Source: Podarcis melisellensis (taxonomy: Eukaryota). From it: a stretch of 64,000 bases of DNA. Of the stretch, positions 21,103-34,112 are shown one piece after another (position 1 is the first letter of the stretch; each line of letters opens with the position of its first letter). The notes under the pieces were generated by a model that saw only the letters and a list, made by a program, of their open reading frames with translations, had not been told where the DNA came from and made no database searches. Made by a program: the position numbers and the translations under genes. Where the stretch lies: assembly GCA_964234715.1 (NCBI GenBank), contig OZ174275.1; one strand, given 5' to 3'.

Positions 21103-24100
21103 ATGGTACTTTCCTGGGCTGCAGTCATTGCTATGTTTGCGCTTTCCTCCATTTACTGCCTGGTTTCTCACCACGGCCCAGAGCTGTGGTTTCAAGACCT
21201 CTTCCCTTCTAAAGTGTGCCCTGCAAACACCAGCATGGACACGTTATATGGCATTATGTTTGATGCAGGAAGCACAGGGACACGGATTCACATTTACACC
21301 TTCGTACAGAGAAGCCCAGGTAAGATCACATGAGAAGGTTCTAAGCCTATGCTGTGGGGACCTTAGATTGTGAATATATTGTATGCTTTTGCTAATTCTG
21401 ATACCAGTGATCTTACTCATCCTCCAAAAGTTGGAGAACTAGCTTGAGTACTACTGTGACCAGCCATTGAAACTTTATTCTGAGCTCTAGAGTTTCTTAA
21501 TGCTTCATAAGCCTTTATTCTCAGAGCTTCTGTCTTGTTTTCTTTAACCTTTGATCAGTTTGTACATGTTTGCTTCTCTTCCTAGATAAAGTTCATTGTG
21601 GTTCAGTTGTACTGCTTAGTCATGCTTCTTTTGAGAGGGTGTTCAATTTAAAGTGGCTTTATCACAGAAAACAGCAGGGGATTTTGGTCTGAAATGTTGT
21701 CTGTAACAGAGTGAGTGTCGGAAAGGTGGGAACTTGATAGTGGTATGAGACGTATATTCACTTCTACAGTGAATTGTTAGGAGATTATCAGATAACTGTC
21801 AAGCAAAACAAATACGTTTTCTAAAAGTTACTCTAGGCAGAGGGGAAGAAGTTTTGTAACTTAGAAGGTGGCCTTGTTTCAATAAATGGATGAGTGGGGG
21901 GAGGGAATTGGGAAGGATTACCTTAGAACCTGGGTAGGCAAACTAAAGCCCGGGGGCCGGATCCAGCCAATTGCCTTCTAAATCCAGCCCACCGATGGTC
22001 CAGGAATCAGCGTGTTTTTACATGAGTAGAATGTGTCCTTTTATTTAAAATGCATCTCTGGGTTATTTGTGGGCCATAGGAATTCGTTCTTTATTCTCTC
22101 TTTTCTTCAAAATATAGTCGGGCCCCTCACAAGGTCTGAGGGACAGTGGACCGGTCCCCTGCTGAAAAAGTTTGCTGACCCCTGCCTTAGGACATGCTTG
22201 ATAAATTTTTCAGCTCCTTATTTTGATTGCTTGGCCTTATCCAGATCAGCTTGCTTTGTCACGTTTCAACTAATTTTGTGCTCACTTGTTGCCCCAGTAA
22301 TTCTTTTTAGATCTGGATTTGCAGGGCTCAGAATTTCCTTTCCCAAAAGTATACTGAATTTGTCAGCTTGGCTGCATTTTGAAAACAAAGCCACAGTGGC
22401 CCATACTAGAACATTTTCTGTGTGAAAGAAATAATGATGTGTTAGATTGATGTCCTGTGAAACCAGTAAGTTCCTTTTGACGCATTTGCACGCATTTGTG
22501 AAGATCAACTATTATAAAAGTTGTTTGGCTTGACTTTTGCAGAAAAACCTGCAGAGTTAGAAGGCGAAATCTTTGAATCAGTCAAGCCAGGACTCTCCGC
22601 CTATGCTGATCAGCCTGGAAAGGTAAGACATTCTGATGGCTTTTTGTAACTATTTGGCTCTCTTTCTCCCCACTCATTCTAAATTCAGTTTATATAACAT
22701 GAAGAAGAAAAAGAAAGCAGAATGGGAAGGCGAGGAGGACGAAGAGGCAGGTGAGAAGTAGATGTTTTGCTGTACAGCACCATCAGTAGACATGGCACTT
22801 GACACAGTTTAAGAATGGGGAGGGGGAGCTGGACAGGAGCTTACAATCTAGGATAACAGAAGAGGTAAGAGAAGGTGGGGCAAGAGGAACTTGGGGGGTG
22901 GAAGGGACAAATGTGAGTAAATGCAGTTGCATGTACCTGCAACTTAGTTATAGGCGAGAACGAACTTACCAACATCTGTGTCTTGGATTTCTCTCCAACT
23001 TTAGGGAGCAGAAACAGTCAGACAATTGTTGGACATGGCTAAAGAAGCTGTACCGCCCAGTCACTGGAATAAGACCCCAGTAGTCCTGAAAGCCACGGCT
23101 GGTCTGAGGTTGTTAGCAGAGCATAAAGCCCAAGCTTTACTCTCTGAGGTAACTTTAGGTTTTGCAAGGGGGTTGGCTCATTGTGTAAAAGTTGGGGGCA
23201 TATGTAACAAGCTCTTTTCAGCGCTTGCCTATGTGCAGTTTTGCCTTGATTTTTAAAAAAATACTATGCAAGTCTTGTGAGAGGCACTTGTAGATCCTAC
23301 ATCTGCTGTCAATAAATTCCTGTTTTATACCTGAATGCTGGGTGAAAGCGTTTGACTTGTGCTCACCTTGATTTTCCTCCCACTGTTTTTTGTACGGGAG
23401 GAAAGTTATGACATCCACTCATCCATGCATAACCTAGTTTTTTCATTTCCACAGGTCAGGGTGGTCTTTGAGGAGTCACCATTTCTAGTTCCTGATAACA
23501 GTGTTAGCATCATGGATGGATCTTATGAAGGTGGGTCCCGGGAGGCAGGAAATGGGAAGGAATGGAGGTGAGTTCGGGGAGAAAGAAAAGGGAGGGGACC
23601 AAGTGAGGGAGAATAACCACGGAAGCAAGAGGGAAGGAGTAGCATCTCCCCTGTGCCGAATGAAAGGTAAAATATTGCTGGTATCACGGTGGCTAAACCA
23701 CAATATCCTCCTTAGACCCAAAGAGATGCTTTAAGTTTCTAGAGGAGAATTAGGTTCCATACACAGGAAAGCAAAGAGTCTCTTTGGTTTTAATGGCAAC
23801 ATTTCATAATGCAATACTGTTAGATGAAAAGCAGTCACATAGTTTGCAATTAGAAGAAACTCAAGCAAAGGACAAATTCAAGTAGCCAACTGGCATGGTG
23901 AGTAAATAGTTTTAAGTGTATCTAGCCCAGGGGGGTTGAGAGCCCCTGTATGCCAGAGATGTGCAGGGTTGGAGACAAAGGTATGCTGCCTGACAGGTGA
24001 GACTTTTACCTTTGTACAGTCAGCTACATTGTCAGAGGTCTTTATGCGCACCCCTGCCCCAGTCTCACCAACAGGCATTGTCACAGGTCAGGGACATAGT

Positions 24101-27100
24101 CTTTTGGTGAAGGAAAAGCAGTGGAAGAGGACGTGGAACAGGGCTGGGGAGAGGTGTGGCCTGTGGATGGGGCATGAACTGGTAGGGTTCTGTGGACCAG
24201 ATAGAAAGGCCTGGAGGGCTGCATTGGCCCCTGAGCCTGAGATTTCCTACCCCTAATCTGACTAACAATGACAGACTGGAGTAGAGGTTTTTTGTTTCCT
24301 CACAAGCATGGCTTATCAGTCAGCCTACATTTACCAAATGATCTTCAACTCACTTTCCATACCTTTGTGATGAACAGTGAATTATTGTTTGTAACTTATC
24401 GGGAAGTACAGGCAAAACAGCACAGTCCCTGCCTGCATATTTGCAAGCCAAAATGTTTTCTGAGATGGGAAACAGTGAGCAGTGCAAAGCTATCCCACCA
24501 TACTTATTGCGCGCTAAACTCAGCCTGGATCCCCCTCACATGTTCAACCTGCCAAAGTGGTCAAGTGAATTGTCCCTAAGCTGACAAGCCTGTTAAGCAT
24601 GTCCACTAAGAGTAAAGATAATACATTTTTTTTGTGGGTTAGAAATGAAGTCAAATATATTTCAAGAGCGGAATTGTGGAAGGTCTCAAATGGAAAACAG
24701 TGAAGGCTGATGGGGGTGGAGACTAGAACATGTTCAAAACCTAGGGAAGGATTGGAAGAGATTATGCTTGAACAGTGATAGAGGTGGAAATCTAGCAGCA
24801 GTGAATATCTTTCTGGATTGCATTTGGGTCTCAAGATAGATTTCAGTTACTTTTCCTTCCTTTTTGCAGGTATACTAGCCTGGATCACTGTGAACTTTTT
24901 GACAGGTAATTACTGCTTTGTGATTTCAGTTTTGAGGCTTGGATAGAGTCTGTTCCGTAAAAACTGAGTAGGCAGTTGGATATTTATAGTGCAAATTTTC
25001 AGAAGTCTCCTGCTGAAATCCATTCAGGGCTGCAAATCATAGATAACATGGAAACTCTCTGGGCATGTGGGTAGTCTTTGAACTTCTTCAATGTTCCCTG
25101 CAGGGCAGTTGTATGGCCGGAATCAGCAGACGGTGGGGACCCTGGATCTGGGAGGAGCCTCAACCCAGATCACATTCCTGCCACAGCGGGAGGTGAGGAA
25201 TCTCGAGATTGCCCAAATGTTGGATAATTTGGTGCAGGTGTCCTATTTATTTCATGTTTTATTTCATTTAGATCTAGGCTGCTTTAATCTGGCAGGAGCA
25301 ACCCAGTCAGATGGGCGGGATACAAATAATAAATTGTTGTTATTATTAAATTATTATAATAATATTCATTAGGTTGTTAGGCTTCTTTGTAAAAGTGTTT
25401 TAAATACCAGAAATAATGTGAAATGGTATGCATTTGATAATGTTGCTTTTCAAGCTGTGACTTCCAAAATGTTACAGCTTGTTCTTTAAAGTAGTGCCTG
25501 TATCTTATTATCATACGTATATTCTGACCAGGGAACGTGGGTGGTGCTGTGGTCTGAACCACTGAGCCTCTTGGGCTTGCCATTCGGAAGGTTAGCGGTT
25601 CGAATCCTCGCAACGGGATGAGCTACCGTTGCTCTGTCCCAGCTTCTAACCTAGCAGTTCGAAAGCACGCTAGTGCGAGTAGATAAATAGATACTGCTGC
25701 AGCAGAAAGATAAGCGGTGTTTCCATGTGCTCTGGCACTCATTGCAGTGTCCCAATGCAGTAGTAACGTCATGCTGGCCACGTGACCTGGAAAGCTGTCT
25801 GTGGACAAACGCCAACTCCCTCGGCCTGAAAGCGAGATGAGCGCCACAACCCCATAGTTGCCTTTGACTGGACTTAACCATCCAGGGGTCCTTTACCTTT
25901 TTTCCTTATTGTGAGCTTTCCAGCATCATCAATTTATGACTGTGACTACATTCATTATCAACCTTCATAGAAGATTTTCTTCCTTACTACAGTAGAGCAG
26001 ATGTTTTCTGAACATTAATAGCTTAAGATTATCAAAATTCTCTTGTCTCTTCAAGACTTGTGTGAATGTTATATGCTGTACTAATGTTACACAAATGTAT
26101 CTTGAAATTTTAAAGTCACTGAAGAATCCTTTTTCATTATCCTAATTTTAGGAAACCCTAGAGCAAACACCAGTAGATTTCCTTACCTCATTTGAAATGT
26201 TCAACAGCACTTACAAGCTCTACACACACAGGTGAGTGAGGCAGTTCTATGCAAATGACTATTTTTAAGGACACTAGTTACAGATAGGTAGCCGTGTTGG
26301 TCTGCCATAGTCAAAACAAAACAAAATTCCTTCCAGTAGCACCTTAAAGACCAACTAAGTTAGTTCTTGGTATGAGTTCTTGGTATAGTGAAAACGTTAG
26401 GATAGATAGCTGTGATGAGCCTGTTGAGGACTCTTTAACTATTGCAGTCGTTAAGAGTCGTCAACAGGCTCATCATAGCTATCTGCCAATCACCCATTCC
26501 CACCACCCTTCTGAGTAATACCCCTCCCCACCTTTTCACTATATAGAAGGGTCTGGTGACTTCTGTTTCAGTGTATCTGAAGAAGTGTGCATGCACACGA
26601 AAGCTCATACCAAGAACTAACTTAGTTGGTCTTTAAGGTGCTACTGGAAGGAATTTTTTTTTGTTTTAAGGACACTGTTAGGTATTTGCCAGATGTAATA
26701 TTGCCTTAATAATTTGTATTGCTTATTCTGAAGTCAGCATCACATATCTTGCTGGTTATCACAACCCCACATGTGTCTTTATTTTCATTATAATGAACAG
26801 GTAGTCTGTGGATTACTGTAAAGAACCACATGCTAACATTTCATACATGGGCTTAGCAAGGAGGAGGCTGTTTTAGCAGAGTATTGATCTTATATCCTTG
26901 TTCATAAAATTGCCTAGTCTTGTAAGTGGGATAGGATGAACTCCGACTTTAACCAAGTGCTGTTTGGCCTTCTTCATTTTACAGCTATTTGGGGTTTGGT
27001 CTGAAGGCTGCACGGCTTGCTACGTTGGGAGCCCTGGAAATGGAAGGTACAGTCAGACAAAATAGCTTTGTGTTCGTGTGTGTGGATGGACTCAGGGGGG

Positions 27101-30100
27101 GGGGGTCATCCAGCTAAGTGGATTCATCCAGTCCCTAGAATTTGTCCTGTTCAGAATTCTAATGGGAAATGGTCCTAGACCAGCTTCTGACAGGCTGACA
27201 GTCTCTTTATCCCCTTCCTGGTGTGCATTTTCCTTTTAATGAGATTCTCTTGTCACTGAGACAGGTAACATGGCACTCTGTAGGCTTATACAAGCCAGCT
27301 GAAAGATAAACTCAAAGAGGAGCCAAATGGTGGAAAGCAATTGTAGCTGCCCTTTGTGGTAGGTAACTGCTTATTAAAACCAAGCCTTTGGGTGGAGGTG
27401 AGTTTGGGTTGTGATTACAAACAAACAAACAAACAAACAAACAAACAAGCACCATGATTACGATCTACATTCTAATCAGTAGACATACTACTTCAGCTCT
27501 TTTAAACGGTTCAACAACTCAGCTTCCTGTTTTGCTCGAATGTGAAAAAATTTGGGTTCAGGGGATGCTCTTCCTACTTGAGAACCTTCTAAGTATCGTC
27601 TCCTCCTTTTGATTAGCCTTCCTCAAACTCGGACCTCCAGATGTTTTGAGACTACAGTTCCCATCATCTCTGACCACTGGTCCTGCTACCTAAAGATCAT
27701 GGGAGTTGTAGGCCAAAAACATCTGGAGGGCCAAGTTTGAGGAAGCCTGGCCTAGGAGTCCACTAACATATTAATATCAAGACCCTTTGAGTAGCACATA
27801 CAGCTATTATCATTTTCACATCCCATTATCATGCCAACTCACCCAGAATACACTTAGGTTTCATGGCCTCCATCCCGGTGTTGTACATTGCTGCCCCATC
27901 TATACATTTTTAGTCCAGTTTGGCTGGGAGCAGAAGCATTCCTCAACCTGTATCTGTCTCTTCCATTTTTCACCTACCTGTCTATACAGGACCCACCTGC
28001 CTACATAGAGTTTAGTGCAGGGGTGGGGAATATGTGGCTCTCCAGCTGTTGTTGAATTCCAACACCTATCTGCTCCAACAACCCAGCATGACCAGTGGTC
28101 AGGATTGATGGGAACTACAGTACACCAACATCTGGAAGACCAAAGATTAGCTACTCCTGGTCTAGTGGACTGAGCTTCCTATTTGGGGAAACAAGAAAAA
28201 ACTTGATTTTGTTCTATAAATGGACTTTGGCATTTGAACTTTTCCCAACTTCCTTTTCCTGCAAGTACCAAGGGTACTGAAAAACATAATCATTATTGAT
28301 TTCACCCGATTTCACCCGATCTATATTCTCTTTAGCGTCAGATGGACGGACGTTCCGAAGTTCATGTTTGCCAAAACAGCTGGAGGCAGAATGGCACTTT
28401 GGGGGAGTGAAATACCAGTATGGTGGCAACAAAGAAGGTAAGTTGGAGAGATAAAGTTTCCCAAGACNNNNNNNNNNNNNNNNNNNNNNNNNNNNNNNNN
28501 NNNNNNNNNNNNNNNNNNNNNNNNNNNNNNNNNNNNNNNNNNNNNNNNNNNNNNNNNNNNNNNNNNNNNNNNNNNNNNNNNNNNNNNNNNNNNNNNNNNN
28601 NNNNNNNNNNNNNNNNNNNNNNNNNNNNNNNNNNNNNNNNNNNNNNNNNNNNNNNNNNNNNNNNNNNNNNNNNNNNNNNNNNNNNNNNNNNNNNNNNNNN
28701 NNNNNNNNNNNNNNNNNNGCTTAATGTTGGGGTAATGGCTTGAAATGATTTAGACCCAGCCAGAAATAATAATGATCAAGAAACAGATCTTCAGCTGAAA
28801 AGCCATTGATTGTGCTCGTTGGAGTATATTGTCCCACTGAAGTAACATGGCTCTTGTATCCTTATTTCATCTGGGAATCCTTGATCTGAATCTCAGTGAA
28901 GCTGTCCATTGCCATAATTTATTTGCTTGATGTGAATTTTATGTTGTATGCTCCCCACTTCTAAACGTTTTGCTACTTACACTTGGAGGGTTTTCTTTTT
29001 TAAGTAACTATTTTAAATAAAATTCATAGGGCACAGGTGGGGAACCTATAGCCTGGAGGCCAGCGGTCCCAATTTAAGCTATGAGGCATTTTACCCCAGG
29101 CCATATTCACTTACCCCACATGTGACTTCCTACGACATCAGGTGTAGTACAGCTGTAGCTGCAAAGGAACAACAAGGAGTGTTAAAGTGCACTAATTTGC
29201 CTGCAAGTGGGGCTTGCATTCAATATCTTTAAACTTGGTGCTGAATACCAGATCTTCTGGGATTGGCTCCACTCAAGAGACTCCGGAACAGAAGTTTTGA
29301 ATGAAGCCATCCCTGCCACAAAGGAACGCAGGTGGCGCTGTGGGTTAAACCACAGAGCCTAGGGCTTGCCGATCAGAAGGTTGGCGGTTCAAATCCCGGC
29401 GACGGGGTGAGCTCCTGTTGCTCGGTCCCTGCTCCTGCCAACCTAGCAGTTCGAAAGCACTTCAAAGTGCAAGTAAATAAATAGGTTCCACTCCGGCAGG
29501 AAGGTAAACGGTGTTTCCGTGCGCTGCTCTGGTTCGCCAGAAGTGGCTTAGTCATGCTGGCCACATGACTCCCTCGTCCAATAAAGCGAGATGAGCACTG
29601 CAACCCCAGAGTTGGCCATGACTGGACCTAATGGTCAGGGGTCCCTTTACCTTTACCTATCCCTGCCACAAGTAGGGCTTGCTTGTGGCAGAGAAAGCAC
29701 TGCATAATACTTCTTTGCAGGCACAGCTTGCAGCCGCATGGAAACATTTTCCCTTTTTGCTCGCTTGGAGTGTGATAATCTTTCAAAACTGACCCGTAGA
29801 AGATAGGCCAGTTCTGGATTTGATTTATTGAAAACAGGAAGTTCTTAAATCGTGGATTAAAGGAATACCTATTTTTATTAAAACCTAGTATTTAAGGACA
29901 GAGAAGAGAGAAAGCTGGGAGATGAGTCAGAGATTCGTGAAGACACAGTGGCTTTAGTCAGGAAGAGGTGTCAAGATAAGACCTGAGCCATTTTGCACAG
30001 GCAATAGCAACAGGCATTCTTTTTTTTCTAATATTTATTGAGTTTCCATTTCAGATTGCAGCAGGCACAGAACATAAATTTTAGGTCCAGGAAGACAGCA

Positions 30101-33100
30101 TTTCCTTTCTCCTCTGGCTACTGTGGCCCTGTTTGCATATCATGCTAAGCCAAATGGAAGCTTAGCACAAAGACCCGAGTGAGTGGGCTCCCAGAGATCA
30201 CAGCCAGTCATTTTGCTTCCATGCTCTGCTTGAGTTAAACCGGTTTGGCTTAGGGTGTCGTCTCAACCCAGGCTTGTGGTTTAGTGTTGTCCAGACTAAG
30301 CACAAATTCTAACCAAGTTTTGTCCAGGAGAGCTGAATCACAACCCCAGTTTTGGACATGGTAAGCCATGGGTTAGCTCGGCGTGGAACAGATGCAAAAC
30401 AATCAGGGAATGAGCAAAGCAGCCACATCTCTTCTCCAAACCAACACGTTTGTGCTAAGCCATGGTTTGTCTTGGTGTGGTGTGCAAACCAGGCAAATGA
30501 GTCACTTCTGCTCCATTACAATCTCCATTACTGTATTTGGATCACAAGGCTCACAATAAGGTTACCTTGCATAATTCCCTGACATCTACGGCATTTAATA
30601 TTGGGTGTATGTTCACAGTTGTAAGAGAGTCCTTTTCGGGTAGAGGACCCCTTTCCCCATCACCTAGGGTTTGCTTGTTTGTTTTTAAAAAACAATGTAT
30701 AATCATAAAGCGTAAGGATAGAGATGGGAATGTGCCCAGGCTGTGCCAATATTGCAAAGCTGTCAAGAAAGACCATTTACAACTGTTGCACTTTCCTTAA
30801 TTTCATTGTTAGCAATTCTGCACTTATCTGCAATGGGATTTCATGACATGTTGAACTTACCTTTGTGTGTTTACCCTGCCAGGAGAAACGGGATTTGAAC
30901 CTTGCTATTCTGAAGTGTTGAAGGTGGTAAAGGGAAAACTGCATCAACCAGATGAGATTCGGCACAGCTCCTTCTATGCCTTTTCCTATTATTACGATCG
31001 GGCTGTGGACACCGCCCTGATAGGTGAATAGCAAACATTTGAAATCTTGCTTGAGCTCTATGACCCTTGGGGAATGAATGCCCCTCTTTCAGTCAGTCAC
31101 CTACACGATGGGACTCGATGAGCCGTTCCAGATGCTCCTCTATTCATGCAATGAATGCACACGGGTCGTTCATTTGTTGCAGGAATATCTTATTATCCCA
31201 GCATGGTAAGCACTGGAAGTATATATTGTGTCTGGAGAAATATGATTCCCCCAGCCCAGATAGTGTATCCATTGTGAATGCTGGGTAGAATGTGGTTGCA
31301 CCAGATGTCACTGGCACCTATTGAATATCACGAGCATGAGCAACGCAGCCAGCACACTTTATGAACCTTTTAAAAAGTGCCTTCCCCTTTTCAGTTGTAT
31401 GAGGGTGGATTAAAGTGTGGCTGCAGATGGTTGAGGATAGTGCAAATGTAGTGGTTAGAACAGAATTCCTTTAACTTCTGGAATAGCCTTAACAATAAAG
31501 GAGAGTTTTTGCATGCTTCCTTCTGTATAAATGATTGGTGTTATTTCATTCATTCCTGTGGAGAATGAATGCAGCAGCACAGTTGGTTGGGCAGGTGCCA
31601 CGTAGGCTTCAGTTATGCCAGGCTATCATGGCTCAGGGGGTCACCAGCCTTTTTGGGTTGATGGGCACATTTTGAGCTGTGTGTGTGTGTAGCTATCACC
31701 CCCTCTAGTTGCATCTCTCCCAACAAAATGTGTGTTTGTACAAGCTTGTTGTTTTTCAGGCCTTGGTAGGGATGAAGGAGGAACTACGCCTCCTCGCTTG
31801 ATGACAAAGGGGGCAGTAAGCAGGGGGGCAGTCTTTGTGGGCACCAGAAGTCCATAAGTTTGCTGCTTTGCCCATAACTGCTATACTGGTGCCCATGATC
31901 TGAGTTGAAGCTAGTGCTTAAATGTTTAACTTCTTTAAATTAAATAAACATTAAATGTTTAAATGACAACTTAAACATTTGTCATTAATGTTTGCTGTAT
32001 CTTGCTTTCCTAGTCAGTCCACCTGCCAAGGGTGTGTTCCATAGGCCAGTGACAGGACTCTGGGTCAAGACTATTTGCATTAACTGCTTTACACACGGCT
32101 TCCTTCATAGACCAATTGACATGGAAAGGAGATCCATGAGAAGAAAATGTGAAAACCATTGCTTTAAAGACCATATCTGAATCTGCCAAACACTGCATTG
32201 TAACTCATTAAATTGTGTTTTTTTTATCAGCATCCCCTGCCATCCTAAATTGATCAGGAAATCTGGCTATAACTTGTGTTGGGTAGACTACTACACTTGC
32301 CACAGAGATAAGTGCTTTATCAGTTTTTCACAGTATCTCTTAGCCAGAGAATGACCCTTATCTTTTGACATTTCAGATTATGAGAAAGGCGGTGTTCTCA
32401 AAGTGGAAGACTTTAGAAGAAAAGCCAAAGAAGGTAAAATGTACTCTGAGAGTTGAATTAGGGTACTTCCAGTTAATGGAGCAGTAGTCATGTCACTTTG
32501 AAATAGTGCCATGTAAGGGTGTATTTTAGTCACTCACTGACATTTGAAATATCAGACCATTGTTGCTTAGGGACAAGGTAAGGCTAATGGTTTGATCAGA
32601 ATAAAGCAGGTTTTCGAGTAACTGCTTAAAAAATTAGGAATTCACTCTGCACTTTTGAATTCAGAGAACAACTATGTAATAGCCATGAAACAACCATGGC
32701 TATTAACCAGAAGGTTGGTGGTTTGAGCCCACCAAAGGATGGCTGTGGGCAGGATTCCTGCATTGCATGACCCTCGGGATCCCTTCTCGCTCTATAATTC
32801 TATGATTTTATAAAGGCAAGTCAGCCAGTCTACAAGTATTTCAACTACTTGCATAGATTATGTATTCACATGTATATATACCGGTATTTAGGAACCATTT
32901 GAAGTGCACAGTCTTAATATGGCCAGCAAGTTCCTCTCTCTTCCAGGTAGAAAATAGTCTACTTTGGAGTAGCTAAAAACATATACTAAACAATTAAGGG
33001 ACTGGGAACAAGTAGAAGAGTGATGGCTCCCAACTCGGTTTATTATTGCACTTGCACCATTTGCCATGGTTCTTGTTCTCGAATGCTGCTAAAGCAGCAT

Positions 33101-34112
33101 TTGAAACTAATTCATGCACAAGGTGGGAATGAACAAATGTGGAATGACCTATGGGATCATACATCTCCGAGTTGTGGTTTGCATTCAGCTAGAATTACAT
33201 TTAATAGTTTTTGAGATAATATGGTTTATTTTGGAGTCACTTGCTCCAATACTGGTGAATATTCTTCTCAATTTTTTCTTTAAAGTGTGTGACAATCTGG
33301 ACAGCTACAGCTCTGCCAGTCCTTTCCTTTGTATGGATCTCAGTTACATTACAGCTTTATTAAAAGAAGGATTTGGATTTGGAGACAGTACAGTTTTACA
33401 GGCAAGTAAAAATGGTTGAAAGAAGCCTTGGTTGAAGATTTTATTTCATTGACTAGTTGTTGGTACTGGTACTTTGTTCCATATGCTTTGATGAAATGGG
33501 GTGGGTGAATCTATATTTTACTTATTTTAGCATGGTACAGAATACTGTACTGCTAAAAGTCCTTGCAGCTCCTGTTTTTTTCTTCTAGTCAAATGCAGCT
33601 CAAACTTAACAATATGGTTTTAACAAACACTTATTCACCTCAGAGAGTGTTTGTTGTGGTGGGGGAGGAAGGGAAAGGAGAATGTTAGCCGCTTTGAGAG
33701 TCCTTCCGGTAGTGATAAAGCGGGATATCAAATCCAAACTCTTCTATTTAAACTCATAACAGTAGGAAGTCACTGTTCATTAATAAGTAGTTGCATTAGT
33801 TAACTCCCAGTTTAAATTGACTTGAATGCTGCTTAGTGTCCAGTAGTCAGATATCCTTGTTTGAGATCTGACTTGCAGTTATTTTTACTGCAACTGTACT
33901 TTCTATCATATCCATCTGGAGTTATACTGGAAAATATTCTCAGCCTATACACTAAAAATGTACTCTGCCTAAAATGTCTGTATTGCAACAAGGGTAATTG
34001 ATCTCTTACTTTTCTTCTTTTACAGCTGGCAAAGAAAGTGAACAACATAGAGACAAGCTGGGCTCTAGGTGCTACCTTTCACCTCCTGCAATCTCTTGGA
34101 CTCTCCCATTGA
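21103..34112 (+). CDS. ENTPD5: Ectonucleoside triphosphate diphosphohydrolase 5 (CD39L4), 428 aa, 13 coding exons
   Basis: Exons 21103-21319, 22543-22622, 23005-23148, 23455-23530, 24870-24905, 25104-25192, 26152-26231, 26985-27046, 28336-28437, 30883-31023, 32377-32433, 33286-33401 (GC donor), 34026-34112; 1287 nt in frame. Signal peptide [19 protein letters not shown]; apyrase conserved regions [33 protein letters not shown]. Confidence 0.97.
21929..22184 (-). mobile_element. hAT (Charlie-like) MITE, same family as 2720-3043
   Basis: Reverse copy lacking the internal duplication; TSD ccttagaa/ccttagga. Confidence 0.8.
25530..25900 (+). mobile_element. Sauria SINE
   Basis: tRNA-like head with A/B boxes (GGTGCTGTGG..GGTTCGAATCC), aacctagcagttcgaaagc core, ACCTTT tail. 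Confidence 0.85.
26281..26663 (+). mobile_element. Penelope-like element remnant with inverted pLTR arms and internal fold-back
   Basis: Arms ~26325-26376 and ~26604-26655 are inverted repeats; flanking duplication TTTTAAGGACACT (26263-26275, 26664-26676); hammerhead core at 26577-26606. Confidence 0.8.
26573..26610 (+). ncRNA. Minimal type I hammerhead ribozyme motif, sense within an ENTPD5 intron
   Basis: gtat-CTGAAGA-A-GTGTG(CATG)CACAC-GAAA-GC-TC-atac; core identical to 3804-3833; predicted cleavage after C26606. Confidence 0.75.
27419..27448 (+). repeat. (AAAC)n microsatellite
   Basis: About 7 tandem AAAC units. Confidence 0.9.
27614..27749. mobile_element. hAT-type hairpin MITE
   Basis: TIRs TAGCCTTCCTCAAACT / AGTTTGAGGAAGCCTG; internal symmetry ctccagatgtt..ctacagttcccat / atgggagttgtag..aacatctggag. 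Confidence 0.7.
28018..28159. mobile_element. hAT-type hairpin MITE
   Basis: CAGGGGTGGGGAA..CTCCTG; 8-bp TSD gtttagtg/gtctagtg. Confidence 0.65.
28468..28718. other. Assembly gap (N run)
   Basis: Run of N within an ENTPD5 intron. Confidence 1.
29322..29658 (+). mobile_element. Sauria SINE, full length with TSD
   Basis: A/B boxes, (ACCTTT)n tail, perfect 13-bp TSD ATCCCTGCCACAA (29309-29321, 29659-29671). Confidence 0.9.
32695..32808 (+). mobile_element. tRNA-derived SINE with CR1-like tail (partial)
   Basis: B-box-like GGTTTGAGCCC followed by gattcctgcattgca..cccttc..ATTCTATGATT. Confidence 0.55.
33635..33745 (+). mobile_element. 5'-truncated copy of the SINE at 58895-59142
   Basis: cacctca.agagtgtttgttgtgg..ggaggaagggaaaggagaatgttagccgctttgag..gggatatcaaatccaaactcttct, nearly identical to 59032-59140. 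Confidence 0.75.

Noticed and set aside
31918-31992. AT-rich nested short inverted repeats
   Set aside because: Short, imperfect and low-complexity; cannot be distinguished from local slippage.
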